A program made the position numbers and the translations under genes. A stretch of DNA of 64,000 nt from positions 6,784,001 to 6,848,000 of the forward strand of contig OZ245838.1 of NCBI GenBank assembly GCA_965228735.1, in the 5' to 3' direction. This document shows, one piece after another, positions 53,468-63,259 of the stretch (its first letter is position 1; the number at the start of each line of letters is the position of its first letter). The notes under the pieces were generated by a model, which saw nothing but the letters and a program-made list of their open reading frames with translations, searched no databases and was not told the DNA's origin. Source of the DNA: Planctomycetota bacterium (GTDB lineage: Bacteria; Planctomycetota; UBA1135; UBA2386).

Positions 53468-54624
53468 TCGGTCGCCGGCGTTTCCGAAGCGGCGCGGGGC
53501 TCGCGCTGGCCGCTCTGCTGGCCAGCGCGTGCATCACCGTCGTCGAGGAAGCGCCGCTCATCGGGGATCAGATGGAGCTGCCGCCGTTCGCGGTGGCGCA
53601 GACGATCCCGCTCGGCAAGCCCTCGCAGTCCGAGGGCGAGCGGCAGCTGATCCAGCTCTACGACGGCATCCTGCGCCGCATGCAGGAAGCCGCGGATGAT
53701 CGTCAGGTCGACGTGCTGTTCGACCTGCTGAACAGCTACCAGAAGCCGGGGCTGCCCGACTGGCTGGCGAACCGGCTCGCGGGCTACCGCGCGCTGGCGC
53801 ACGGCCTGCGCTTCCTCGAACACGCGGTTTCGCGCGCCGAGCTGCGGCTCGTGCCGGCGACGGTCGAGGGGCCGGCCGACGGGGCGGGCGCCGCGGTCGA
53901 GACCGCTGCGACGGCGACGCCCGAAGGCATGTCGACCCGGATGCCGCACCTGCCGCCGATCGGCGATCCGCTGCAGCTCGAGTTCATGCTGCCGCCGATG
54001 GTGACGCCGATCCGGCTCGGCGGCCACGACGACAGCGACCCCGTGACGTTCGCGATCGCGATCACCTACGAGGACCTCTACGTCCACGGCGGTTCGAAGA
54101 AGCCGCAGGCCCAAGGCTTCGAGTCGCTGCCACGCGAGTTCGTGCTGCAGGCCGGCGAGCCGCTGCGACTGCCGATCCGGTTCGCGATCCCGACGGACGG
54201 CGCGGTGCGACGCACCGTGCACGTGCGCGTCGACATCCTGCCGGGCTACGTCCGCGTCGAGAACGCTCGGACCGGCGACGGCAGCAGCGGCGAGGTGCGT
54301 GCCCCGATCGAGCGCCGCACGCTGGCGGCGAGTTCGTGGCAGCAGTTCCCGGCCGGTCACCGACCGATCGCCGAGCGCCCACTCGCGACCCTGCGCGAGG
54401 CCATTCGCCTCGGCGACAGCAAGCACTTCCCGCACGTCCTGCTCGGCGCGCTGTTCACGACCGGCCCGGACCGGCAGGAGGCCATCGCGCTGCTCATCGA
54501 CCAGGTCCGCTTCGCCAACGAAGCCCTCGCCATGGTCGCCACCGCCGCCCTGCGCGAGATCACCGAGGCCGACATCCCGATCGGCGACCGCGAGGCCTGG
54601 CTCCGCTGGGCCACCCGCCGCTGA
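53464..54624 (+). CDS. Hypothetical lipoprotein
   Basis: GTG start overlaps the rpsA stop; lipobox ASAC; HEAT-like C-terminus (ALREIT...DREAWLRW). Confidence 0.65.
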   Translation: MIGRRRFRSGAGLALAALLASACITVVEEAPLIGDQMELPPFAVAQTIPLGKPSQSEGERQLIQLYDGILRRMQEAADDRQVDVLFDLLNSYQKPGLPDWLANRLAGYRALAHGLRFLEHAVSRAELRLVPATVEGPADGAGAAVETAATATPEGMSTRMPHLPPIGDPLQLEFMLPPMVTPIRLGGHDDSDPVTFAIAITYEDLYVHGGSKKPQAQGFESLPREFVLQAGEPLRLPIRFAIPTDGAVRRTVHVRVDILPGYVRVENARTGDGSSGEVRAPIERRTLAASSWQQFPAGHRPIAERPLATLREAIRLGDSKHFPHVLLGALFTTGPDRQEAIALLIDQVRFANEALAMVATAALREITEADIPIGDREAWLRWATRR

Positions 54625-54640
54625 TGGCGGTACCGAACCC

Positions 54641-56632
54641 TTGCGCCAGGCGAAGCCTGGACGGGAGAAATCATGACCTGACAGGAATGAGAACCCCGTA
54701 TTGGAGTCCCGCGGGTGACGAAACCCGCCCGGCGAAGGCTAGCCACCAGCCGGAAGCGAGTCTTGCGTGGCGACCGGGTAACCGCCGCTGCGAAGCGTAG
54801 ACAGCGAGGATGTGGGCGGCGCGACTGAGCCCCGAAAGTACCGACAGCGAGAGAGCCGACGTGGTGGGTTCATCGGAAGGCAACATGGAAGGGCCGCAAC
54901 CGGCTTGGCCCGGAAGTCTCTCCGGGGTCCTGAGAACGACCGCACGCATCCATCGGACTCCCCAGGAACCTGGGATCCCCTCGATTGGTCCGATCGTCAA
55001 CTCCGGCTGGGGCCCGGAAACCAACTCTCCAGGGCCGCGACGTCGTGTCCGCGTCGGTGCCGTCAAGGAATCCGGACACACGGCCGGTACCGCCGAGCGA
55101 AGGAAACGAAGCGACGCGGGACGCCAACGAGGGAGTCGGAGTGCGTCATAGTACCAAAGAGTCCGGGGAACCCGCCCCACGGGGACCCGGCGGAGGGAAG
55201 GGCGTCACCGGCGACAAGGAACCGCTGGACGGACCGACCACGGAGACGACGGGCTCCGAGCAGGTCTCCACGAAACTCCGGCGGGTAGCGGAGCTGGCGA
55301 GGCAGCGACCAGACCTGGTCCTGACCACACTGGCACACCACATGGACATCGCGCTTCTGCGGGAGGCGTATCGCCGCACGCAGAAGTCCAAAGCTCCTGG
55401 TGTCGACGGCGTCACGGCTCGCGACTACGAGCAGGATCTCGAGGGCAACCTCGCGGACCTGCACGAACGCGCGAAGTCAGGGCGCTATCGCGCACCACCG
55501 GTCCGGCGCGTGCACATCCCGAAAGGGAAGGGTGGCACGCGTCCAATCGGAGTGCCGACGCTGGAGGACAAGGTCTTGCAGCGGGCGGTGACGCAAGTGA
55601 TGGAGGCGGTATATGAGCAGGACTTCTTGGACTGCTCGCACGGCTTCCGTCCCGGTCGCTCGCCGCACACGGCACTGGAATCGCTTTGGAAGCATGCGAT
55701 GTCGATGGGTGGCGGCTGGCTGTTGGAAGTCGACATCCAAGGTTTCTTCGACAACCTGGAGCCGACCCATCTGCGAGCGATCCTCGACCAGCGGGTGCGC
55801 GACGGAGTGTTCCGTCGACTGATCGACAAGTGGCTGAAGGCGGGGGTGCAGGAGGACGGTGCGCTGCATCGCTCTCGCAAAGGCACCCCACAAGGAGGCG
55901 TGATTTCGCCGCTGCTGGCGAACATCTATTTGCACGCAGTGCTGGACCGTTGGTTTGTCGAGGAAGTCAAGCCGAGGCTTGCCGGTCGCGCGGAGTTGGT
56001 CCGCTATGCGGACGACTTCGTGATCCTGTTTGCCGTCGAAGCCGATGCACGTGCGATGTCGTCGATCCTGGCCCAAAGGCTCGGGCGCTTCGGCCTCACA
56101 CTGCATCCGGACAAGACCCGGTTAGTCCGCTTCCAACCGCCCGAAGACGGCGCGGCGGGGAGCGGCACTTTCGACTTCCTGGGCTTCACCCATCACTGGT
56201 CACGCTCCCGGCGCGGCCGATGGACCGTGCAGCGGCGCACCACACGACACGTCGTGACCCGTACCCTGACTGGGCTACGGGATTGGTGCCGTCGCAATCG
56301 GCACGACAAGGTCCGCGTCCAGTACTCCACCCTGTGCTCGAAGCTACGGGGGCACTACCTCTACTTCGGCGTGACCGGCAACTCTGCTGCGTTACGTCGC
56401 GTATGGTACGAGGCCCGTCGCATCTGGCATCGGTGGCTGAGCCGGCGCTCGCGGGCGGCCTACATGTCGTGGGCCCGCTTCGAGCAACTGCTGCGTGCAT
56501 ACCCGCTTCCTCCGCCCCGGCTGACCCGGTCGGTCTACGCAGCGAGCCCTTGTCGCTGACGAGCCGGATGCGTTAGCCGCGCACGTCCGGATCTGTGGGA
56601 GCCCTGGGGGGAGACCCCCAGGGCCACCCGGC
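54641..56632 (+). mobile_element. Group II intron (bacterial, endonuclease-less, probably IIB-type)
   Basis: 5' end TTGCG; domain V GAGCCGGATGCG...CGCACGTCCGGATC (56561-56593); domain VI with bulged A 56626; removing it restores an intact 33-nt family B repeat; encodes an RT. Confidence 0.93.
55225..56559 (+). CDS. ltrA: Group II intron reverse transcriptase/maturase (start uncertain)
   Basis: APGVDG, RPIGVPTLEDK, GFRPGRS, GTPQGGVISPLLANIYLH, RYADD, FDFLGF and domain X; no HNH domain. Confidence 0.93.
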   Translation: MDGPTTETTGSEQVSTKLRRVAELARQRPDLVLTTLAHHMDIALLREAYRRTQKSKAPGVDGVTARDYEQDLEGNLADLHERAKSGRYRAPPVRRVHIPKGKGGTRPIGVPTLEDKVLQRAVTQVMEAVYEQDFLDCSHGFRPGRSPHTALESLWKHAMSMGGGWLLEVDIQGFFDNLEPTHLRAILDQRVRDGVFRRLIDKWLKAGVQEDGALHRSRKGTPQGGVISPLLANIYLHAVLDRWFVEEVKPRLAGRAELVRYADDFVILFAVEADARAMSSILAQRLGRFGLTLHPDKTRLVRFQPPEDGAAGSGTFDFLGFTHHWSRSRRGRWTVQRRTTRHVVTRTLTGLRDWCRRNRHDKVRVQYSTLCSKLRGHYLYFGVTGNSAALRRVWYEARRIWHRWLSRRSRAAYMSWARFEQLLRAYPLPPPRLTRSVYAASPCR

Positions 56633-56732
56633 GTTTCGAATCCGCCATCGACCAGGTTCGCCAACGCGGTTCGGCAGCGCCACCTGCGCTCGTCGCTCCG
56701 TGGCGGATTCGAAACGGGTTCGGTACCGCCAT
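56633..56732. repeat. Remainder of the family B doublet interrupted by the intron
   Basis: 54624-54640 plus 56633-56648 gives ATGGCGGTACCGAACCC|GTTTCGAATCCGCCAT; inverted partner at 56700-56732; degenerate copy near 56655-56683. Confidence 0.92.
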
Positions 56733-56773
56733 CCGGGATGGCGTGTGGGCATTCTGACGGTAGCGTCACCCGC

Positions 56774-57979
56774 GTGACCGTTCCCGTTGAAGAGCAGCTC
56801 CGGATCCTCGAGCGCGGTGTCGTCGATCTCGTCGATCGCGAGGATCTGAAGAAGCGGCTCGAGCAGAGTCAGGCCGAGGGGCGCCCGTTGCGCGTCAAGT
56901 TCGGCATCGATCCGAGTTCGCCCGACATCCACCTCGGCCACACGGTGCCGTTGCGCAAGCTGCGCGACTTCCAGCGGCTCGGCCACCGCGTCATCGTGCT
57001 CTGGGGCACGGCGACCGCGATGGTGGGTGACCCGACGGGGAAGAACAAGACGCGGCCGCCGCTGTCGCGCGACGACGTCGAGGCCAACAAGCAGACCTAT
57101 CGCGATCAGATCGGCGCCGTGCTCGACGTCGACGACATCGAAGAACGCGAGAACGGCGCCTGGTTCCACGAGCAGTCGTTCATGGACTGCATCACGCTCG
57201 CGAGTCGCTACACCGTCGCGCGCATGCTCGAGCGCGACGACTTCAGCAAGCGCTACAAGGACGGGCGGCCGATCGCGATCCACGAGTTCCTCTACCCGCT
57301 GCTGCAGGGTTGGGACTCGGTCGAACTGGAATGCGACGTCGAGATCGGCGGCAGTGATCAGCTGTTCAATCTGCTCGTCGGTCGCGACCTCCAGGGCCAG
57401 AGCGGTCAGACGCCGCAGATCTGCCTCACGATGCCGATCATCGAAGGACTCGACGGCACGCAGAAGATGTCGAAGTCGCTCGGCAACTACATCGGCATCA
57501 ACGAGAGCAGCTCGGAGCAGTTCGGCAAGGTGATGAAGGTGCCGAACGACCTGCTCGAGAAGTACTTCACCCTGCTCACCGACGTCGAGCCGGACCGCAT
57601 CGCGCAGTTGCTCGACAACCCGCTCGAGGCCAAGTTCGCGCTCGCCGACGCGATCGTCGCGGACTACCACGGCCCGGATGCGGCCAGGGCGGCGCGCGCC
57701 GAGTACGACCGCGTGCACCAGCAGGGCGGCCTGCCCGATGACCTGCCCGAGTTCGCGATCCCGAGCGACCAGCTCAAGGATGGCGCGGTCTGGCTGCCGG
57801 CCGCGATGGCGTTCGCCAGGCTCTGCGCGAGCAACAGCGAAGGCCGCCGGCTCGTGCAGGGCGGCGGCGTGCGCGTCGATGGCGAGGTCGTGAAGGACGC
57901 CAAGCACGGCCTGCCGCCCGGCGACTACGTGCTGCAGGTCGGCAAGCGCAAGTTCGCGAAGGTCGTGATCGCCGGCTGA
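56774..57979 (+). CDS. tyrS: Tyrosine--tRNA ligase
   Basis: GIDPSSPDIHLGH, YPLLQGWD, GGSDQLFN, KMSKS and an S4 domain. Confidence 0.96.
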   Translation: MTVPVEEQLRILERGVVDLVDREDLKKRLEQSQAEGRPLRVKFGIDPSSPDIHLGHTVPLRKLRDFQRLGHRVIVLWGTATAMVGDPTGKNKTRPPLSRDDVEANKQTYRDQIGAVLDVDDIEERENGAWFHEQSFMDCITLASRYTVARMLERDDFSKRYKDGRPIAIHEFLYPLLQGWDSVELECDVEIGGSDQLFNLLVGRDLQGQSGQTPQICLTMPIIEGLDGTQKMSKSLGNYIGINESSSEQFGKVMKVPNDLLEKYFTLLTDVEPDRIAQLLDNPLEAKFALADAIVADYHGPDAARAARAEYDRVHQQGGLPDDLPEFAIPSDQLKDGAVWLPAAMAFARLCASNSEGRRLVQGGGVRVDGEVVKDAKHGLPPGDYVLQVGKRKFAKVVIAG

Positions 57980-57987
57980 CCGGACCC

Positions 57988-58566
57988 ATGACGCCGCCGA
58001 CCGACTCCGCTCGCAGCCAGAATGCCGAATCGGCGGCGATCGCGCCGCGGGCCGTCGTGCTCGTCGGGCTGCGGTGCACGGGGAAGTCGACCGTCGGTCG
58101 TGAGCTCGCCCAGCGGCTCGCGTGGGCGTTCGTCGACGCGGACGACGAGCTGGCGCGCGCCGTCGGCCAGCCCGCGGGCGACTACCTTCGCACTGCCGGC
58201 GAGCCCGCGTTCCGGGCCGCGGAAGAGCGCGTCCTCGTTCCGCTGCTCGCGAGCGTTCGAGCGACGGTCGTGGCGACCGGCGGGGGCGCGCCGACGATCC
58301 CCGCGGTGCGGGCGGCGCTCGCGGCCGAGGACCTCTGCTGCGTCTGGCTCCAGGCGGACCCGGCGGTGCTCGTGCGGCGCCTCGCGAGCGGCGAAGCGAG
58401 CCGTCCGGCGCTGACGGATCGCGACCCGGCTGCCGAGATCGCGCAGCTGTGGCGCGAACGCGAGCCGCACTACGCCGCGGTGGCGCGGTTTTCCCTGGAT
58501 ACGTCGGCTGCCGAGCCGAAGGCGACGGTCGCGGCGATCGTCGACGCGGTGTTGGCGTCGGAATAG
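57988..58566 (+). CDS. aroK: Shikimate kinase
   Basis: GLRCTGKSTVG, FVDAD, GEPAFR, VATGGG and REPHY. Confidence 0.9.
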   Translation: MTPPTDSARSQNAESAAIAPRAVVLVGLRCTGKSTVGRELAQRLAWAFVDADDELARAVGQPAGDYLRTAGEPAFRAAEERVLVPLLASVRATVVATGGGAPTIPAVRAALAAEDLCCVWLQADPAVLVRRLASGEASRPALTDRDPAAEIAQLWREREPHYAAVARFSLDTSAAEPKATVAAIVDAVLASE

Positions 58567-58767
58567 TCGGCTCCGGACGGCCCGATTCGGGAAGCACACC
58601 GGTGCAACGTTCGTAGTCCGACTGCGCTTGGATCCGGCCCTAACGCGGTGCGGGCGCGATTGCCGATGGTGGCCTGCACCGATGCGGTTAGGATGGACCG
58701 CACGCAGCGGGTTCGTGTCGGCGCACGAACATGGGACCCACGGCAGCGAGAGGTAGCGGCTGACTTC

Positions 58768-61638
58768 ATGAACAGGCTTCTTCGGATGATGGCGGCGACG
58801 CTGGCGATGGCCGCGGGCACGCTGTTCGTCACCGATCTGCCGGCCTGCGCGCCTGGCTGCCCATTCGCTGGGGACCCATTCGCCGGGGACCCGTTCGGTG
58901 GGGACGCCTGCGAGCGGGACGGGGCCGACGACGGCGCGCGTTCGCAGCAGGACCAGAACGGCCGCCAGCAGAACGGCGGCAAGCCGCGCGACGAGATCGC
59001 CAAGCTGCGCGCCGACCTGCGCACGCCGGGCGCGGACGGTCGCGTGACGCGCGAGGGCGCCGTCGAGCGTCTGCTCGGCATGCCCGAGTCGCGCGCTCAT
59101 GTCGTGCTGAGCCAGGAGCTGCAGAACGACGACGACCCCGACGGCGTGCGCGCGACGATCTTGCGCGGCCTCGAGCGCCATCTGCTGGCGGCCGACGCCC
59201 AGCAGTTCGGCGGCGCGCCGACCGAGGTCCGGGAACAGATCTTCGGCGCGTACCTGCGCGCCGTCGTGCGGTGGTGGAGCGACGATCGCCCGGAGCGATA
59301 CCGCGCGCTGCGGCGACGCGCGCGGGAGGCGCTGATGCTAGTGCCCGTGCTCGAGCTCGAGCGCGTGGCGGGTCAGTATCTCGCGGTCGAGGAGAACGAC
59401 GCCCCCGCGTTGTTCGCCTGCATCGCCGACCTGCAGAACCTCTACCTCGGCCGGGTGATCGCGAACCAGCTCGAGAACGACGACGCGCGCATCCAACGGG
59501 CTGCGCGCGCGGCGCTGCGGCTCCTCACGTTCCGCGAGACGGACTTCGAAGCGCGTCAGGAGTTCATGACGTGGCTCGAGCAGAACTCGGATACGGACTA
59601 CACCGACCTCGCCGAGCAGGCCGCGCGCAGCAGCTCGCGGCGGGTCGCGGACGTCCTGCGGCAGCGTGACGACGCGATCATAATGCGCTCGCGCGATGTC
59701 GTGCTCGCCTACGCCGACTCCAATCCCGTCAACTGGAGCGCGATCCGGAAGGAAGTGCTCGTCGCCGATCAGGCCATCGCCGAGGCCTGCCTCGACGCGT
59801 TGCGGGGCGTTCTTGCCGATCGCCTGCCGCCGGTCGGTACCCCGGCGCGCCACGAGTTCTGCAAGGGGCTCCTCACGCGTTGGCGCAACCTGCCGGCCAA
59901 CCGTCAGCACCTGCGCGCGCTGCTGCTCGAGGTCGCGGCGTACGTCACGCGGCCCGACGAGACCGAGCTCGCCACGGAGATCCAGAACGGGCTCATCCTG
60001 CAGCTCGATCGCAAGGATTCGCAGGTGCGCCTCGCGGCGCTTCGCGGGTTGCGCCGCTTCCCGAGCGCCGAGACGCGGCGCGTGATCGTCGCGCATGCGC
60101 GGCGGGCCGTCGACGAGGGTGCGCCGGCGGTGCCGCTCATCGAGGCCGCGCTCGCCGCGCTGTCGGCGCGCACGCCGCCGCGCTGGTTTGCGCCCGGGCC
60201 CGACGATCCCGACAAGCAGGAGTGGATCGATCTGGTGCGCGCGATCTGGCTGCAGCCGACCCTGGCCAACTTGCGCGACCAGGCACTCACGCTCGCGCTC
60301 GCGCCCGCCGCGATCGGTGAGAACGGCGCGGAGCAGCGCGTTCCGGAGATCTTCGATCTGTTGCTGAAGTTCGCGCAGGACGCGCGGCTCGACAGTCGGT
60401 TCCGGGTGAGCTGCATCTTCGGGCTGCGGACGTGGAACTATGCGGCCGGCATCGAGCGCCGGCACGCCGCGTTGGCGGCGCTGCTCGCCGATGCCGAGGT
60501 CGACGTGCGCCTGCAGGCGGCGAGTTCGCTCGGCAAGCTGCACAAGGTCCGGCCGGCGGCGACGGTCGAGGCGCTGCGCACCCGGTTGGCCGTAGAGACG
60601 CAGGTGCCGGTCTACGAGGCGCTCGTGGAGGCGCTCATCGCGTGCGGCCGCGAGCCGCAGATGCCCGAGGTGGCGATCGGCGCGATCCGCACCGTGCTCG
60701 CGGACCTGCGGCAGGAAGGCGCGCTGCCGGAGGCGCACCTGTTCCGGCAGCAGAAACTGTTGCCTGCGCTGTTCCAGATCGCTGGCGAGCGTGGTGCGGC
60801 CGACGGCCCGTGGCTCGCCGCGTGCGACGAGTTGTTGGCGTTCGAAGAGCGGACGATGGCGCGCGACCTGTTGGGGCGCATCCATTCGGCGATCGACCTC
60901 GCCGGCAACGTCGAGTCGGCGGACGGTCGCGTCGCGAGCCGCGCGCGCTGGGCGATGCAGCTCATCATCCGAACCGCGTTGCTCAAGCCCGCCGACGTCT
61001 GGTGGGGCAGCTCGGAAGAGCTCAAGAGCGAGGCCAATGAGGTGCACATCGCGTTCGGCACCCTGAACAAGCCGAAAGTGCCGGCGGGCGATCGTCTCGA
61101 CGGTCCCGAGCACCGGGTGCTGTTCCTCGAGGTCGAACTCGTCGGGTCCAACTACGGTGAGGTGGTGGAGCGCGCCGGGGCGTGGCTCGCCGAACGTCCG
61201 GCCAACGCGCCGAACGGCGCCGCCGCAGCACCGACGTTCCGCCCGGAGCAGAAGGACCGCATTCGCCTCCTCGCGGCCGATGCCCGACTCGGCCTGTCCA
61301 AGCCCGCGCAAGCCGCAGCGATGCTGAAGGTCATCGATCCGAAGCGCCGCCTCGGCCCGCGCGAGCTGACCGTCTTCGACCGCGCCGGCCGCGCCCTGCT
61401 CGAGACCGACGCCGCGACCGCCGTCGCGCTGCTCGATCGCGCCCGCCAGGCCACCGCGACCGATGACCCCGCGTTCCGCCAACGCCTGCTCGAGTGGGCC
61501 CAGGCCGCTCTTACTCTCGACCCCAACGGCAAGAACCGCATCCTGACCGAGGTCGAGAAGCACGCCGCCCTGTTCACGGGCGAAGACTGCCCCGAGGACC
61601 TGCGCAAGCGCTTCCAGTCCCTGCGCGGCACCGGCTGA
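58768..61638 (+). CDS. Large HEAT-repeat protein, probably secreted
   Basis: VRLAALRGL and VRLQAASSLG HEAT motifs; N-terminal hydrophobic segment. Confidence 0.7.
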   Translation: MNRLLRMMAATLAMAAGTLFVTDLPACAPGCPFAGDPFAGDPFGGDACERDGADDGARSQQDQNGRQQNGGKPRDEIAKLRADLRTPGADGRVTREGAVERLLGMPESRAHVVLSQELQNDDDPDGVRATILRGLERHLLAADAQQFGGAPTEVREQIFGAYLRAVVRWWSDDRPERYRALRRRAREALMLVPVLELERVAGQYLAVEENDAPALFACIADLQNLYLGRVIANQLENDDARIQRAARAALRLLTFRETDFEARQEFMTWLEQNSDTDYTDLAEQAARSSSRRVADVLRQRDDAIIMRSRDVVLAYADSNPVNWSAIRKEVLVADQAIAEACLDALRGVLADRLPPVGTPARHEFCKGLLTRWRNLPANRQHLRALLLEVAAYVTRPDETELATEIQNGLILQLDRKDSQVRLAALRGLRRFPSAETRRVIVAHARRAVDEGAPAVPLIEAALAALSARTPPRWFAPGPDDPDKQEWIDLVRAIWLQPTLANLRDQALTLALAPAAIGENGAEQRVPEIFDLLLKFAQDARLDSRFRVSCIFGLRTWNYAAGIERRHAALAALLADAEVDVRLQAASSLGKLHKVRPAATVEALRTRLAVETQVPVYEALVEALIACGREPQMPEVAIGAIRTVLADLRQEGALPEAHLFRQQKLLPALFQIAGERGAADGPWLAACDELLAFEERTMARDLLGRIHSAIDLAGNVESADGRVASRARWAMQLIIRTALLKPADVWWGSSEELKSEANEVHIAFGTLNKPKVPAGDRLDGPEHRVLFLEVELVGSNYGEVVERAGAWLAERPANAPNGAAAAPTFRPEQKDRIRLLAADARLGLSKPAQAAAMLKVIDPKRRLGPRELTVFDRAGRALLETDAATAVALLDRARQATATDDPAFRQRLLEWAQAALTLDPNGKNRILTEVEKHAALFTGEDCPEDLRKRFQSLRGTG

Positions 61639-61685
61639 CCAAGACCCGAACGGCCAGGAAGCGCTCGTTCCTCGAACAAAAGCGC

Positions 61686-61713
61686 TTGAGTCATGGTGAC
61701 ACCGCGCTATCGT
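61686..61713 (+). promoter_or_regulatory. Putative sigma70 promoter of the tRNA
   Basis: TTGAGT-N16-TATCGT, 13 nt upstream of the tRNA. Confidence 0.45.
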
Positions 61714-61726
61714 TCTCCGTCCGCGA

Positions 61727-61803
<77 letters not shown>

Positions 61804-61813
61804 CTCAGAAGCG

Positions 61814-61858
61814 CAGGGTGGACAGGCACATAGATCTGTCCACCCTGTCTTCGTTTTT
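61814..61858 (+). terminator. Rho-independent terminator after the tRNA
   Basis: CAGGGTGGACAG/CTGTCCACCCTG 12-bp stem with a T-rich tail. Confidence 0.75.
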
Positions 61859-62112
61859 GGGGGGCCTCGACTCACTGTGACCAGAGTGTGTCCTACCCGG
61901 ACACCGAGTCTCGGCCTAGATGCGGCGAGAGCAGGGGGGACCCAGCCCGAGTTGGGCGTGGTATCCGGAAACTGCGCCGAAGTGATTCGCGGTCGAATCG
62001 TGGCATTCCGATTGCGGGAACGGCGATGAGCGCTTGCCAAGTTCAGCCGGCATCGCAGACCGGTGGCCGCAACCGGAGCGACGAACCGGGGCTTGTTGCG
62101 AGAGCCTGGCTG

Positions 62113-63182
62113 TCAGGCTGCGCGGCGGTAGCTGCGAAGCAGCCCGCCGAGTCGCTCGTCGGCCACGATCTTCTCTCCGCTGCTGCTCTCGGTAGCAGTC
62201 GGTGCGATGCGCTCGTTCACGATGCCCTGATGGGGCCGATCACGGTGGTAGTGCTCGACGAACTCGGCGAGCGCGCGTCGGAGGTGGGCTTCGCCGAAGA
62301 TGATCAGCTTGCTGAGGCACTCGCGCTTCACCGATCCGACGAATCGCTCGGCGATCGCGTTCATGTCGGGCGCCTGGATCGCGGTCGGCAGAAGCGCGAC
62401 ACCCGCGTCTTCGACGATGCGTTGGAACTGGGCAGTGAACTTCCCGTCCCGATCGAGGATCAGGAACCGCTTGTCGCGGAGGGCGCCGTCGACAGGATCC
62501 GTGAGGTTGCGGCCGACCTGCGCCATGAAGGCGCTGTCCGGGCTCGTCGTGATGCCGGCGATTTCGACGGCACGCGTCGCGTGGTGGATGACGAACAGCA
62601 CGTAGTGGGTGACCAGCCCGCGCGCGGTCCACACGTCGACCGTGAAGAAGTCGGTTGCTGCGATCACGTCGGCGTGCGACTTCAAGAACGTCGCCCACGA
62701 GGTCGGCCGTTCGGGGCTCGGCGGCACGCCGGCATCCTTCAGCACCTTGGCGATCGTGGTTCGAGCAACTCGATGGCCGACCTTCTTCAGCTCACCTTGG
62801 ATCCGCAGGTAGCCCCAGCTCGAGTTGTCGGTCGCCATGCGAACGATGAGCTCGCGGATCGTCTTCATGATCCCGGGCCGGCCAACGCGAGTCCGGTGCG
62901 GGTACGTGTGCTTCGCCGCGATCAGCCGGTGGTGCCAGCGCAGGATCGTGTCGGGCGTGACGATCGTGGCAACCTGGCTGAGGAGCTTGCGGCCGAGTGC
63001 CTGGCCCTTCGCCGCCAGCCGACGTCGCTGGTCGTCGCTGAGCCGCAGGCGGCGTGCTCCGAACTGCTCGCGCAGCACGCGGTCTCTTCGACGAGGTAGT
63101 CGATCGCCTGCGTCTGTTGTCGGTTCACCCAGCCGGCGAACGCGAACAAGAGGAAGCGCAGGGGCAGCAGGGTGTCCGGCAT
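62113..63182 (-). pseudogene. Integrase-core (DDE/rve) transposase, frameshifted
   Basis: MPDTLLP...QAIDYLVEE in one frame continues as RVLREQ...ATDFF...LDRDGKF...NAIAERF...HYHRDRPHQG in another; a 1-nt loss near 63083. Confidence 0.8.
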
Positions 63183-63259
63183 GGGGGCGGCGCACGGTAG
63201 TCGCAGGCTCGCTCGCGGCAACGCTTGCGCCATGGTGCGCCGGAGTCCCCGCATCTCGC

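Noticed and set aside
55085..55094. CGGTACCGCC inside the intron resembling the family B end
   Set aside because: Only 10 nt, lacks the IBS1 part, and lies in the ribozyme scaffold; likely coincidental.
55225..56559. RT as a retron, DGR or defence RT
   Set aside because: It has domain X, is followed by domains V and VI, and has precise intron boundaries; no template/variable repeat pair or msr-msd was seen.
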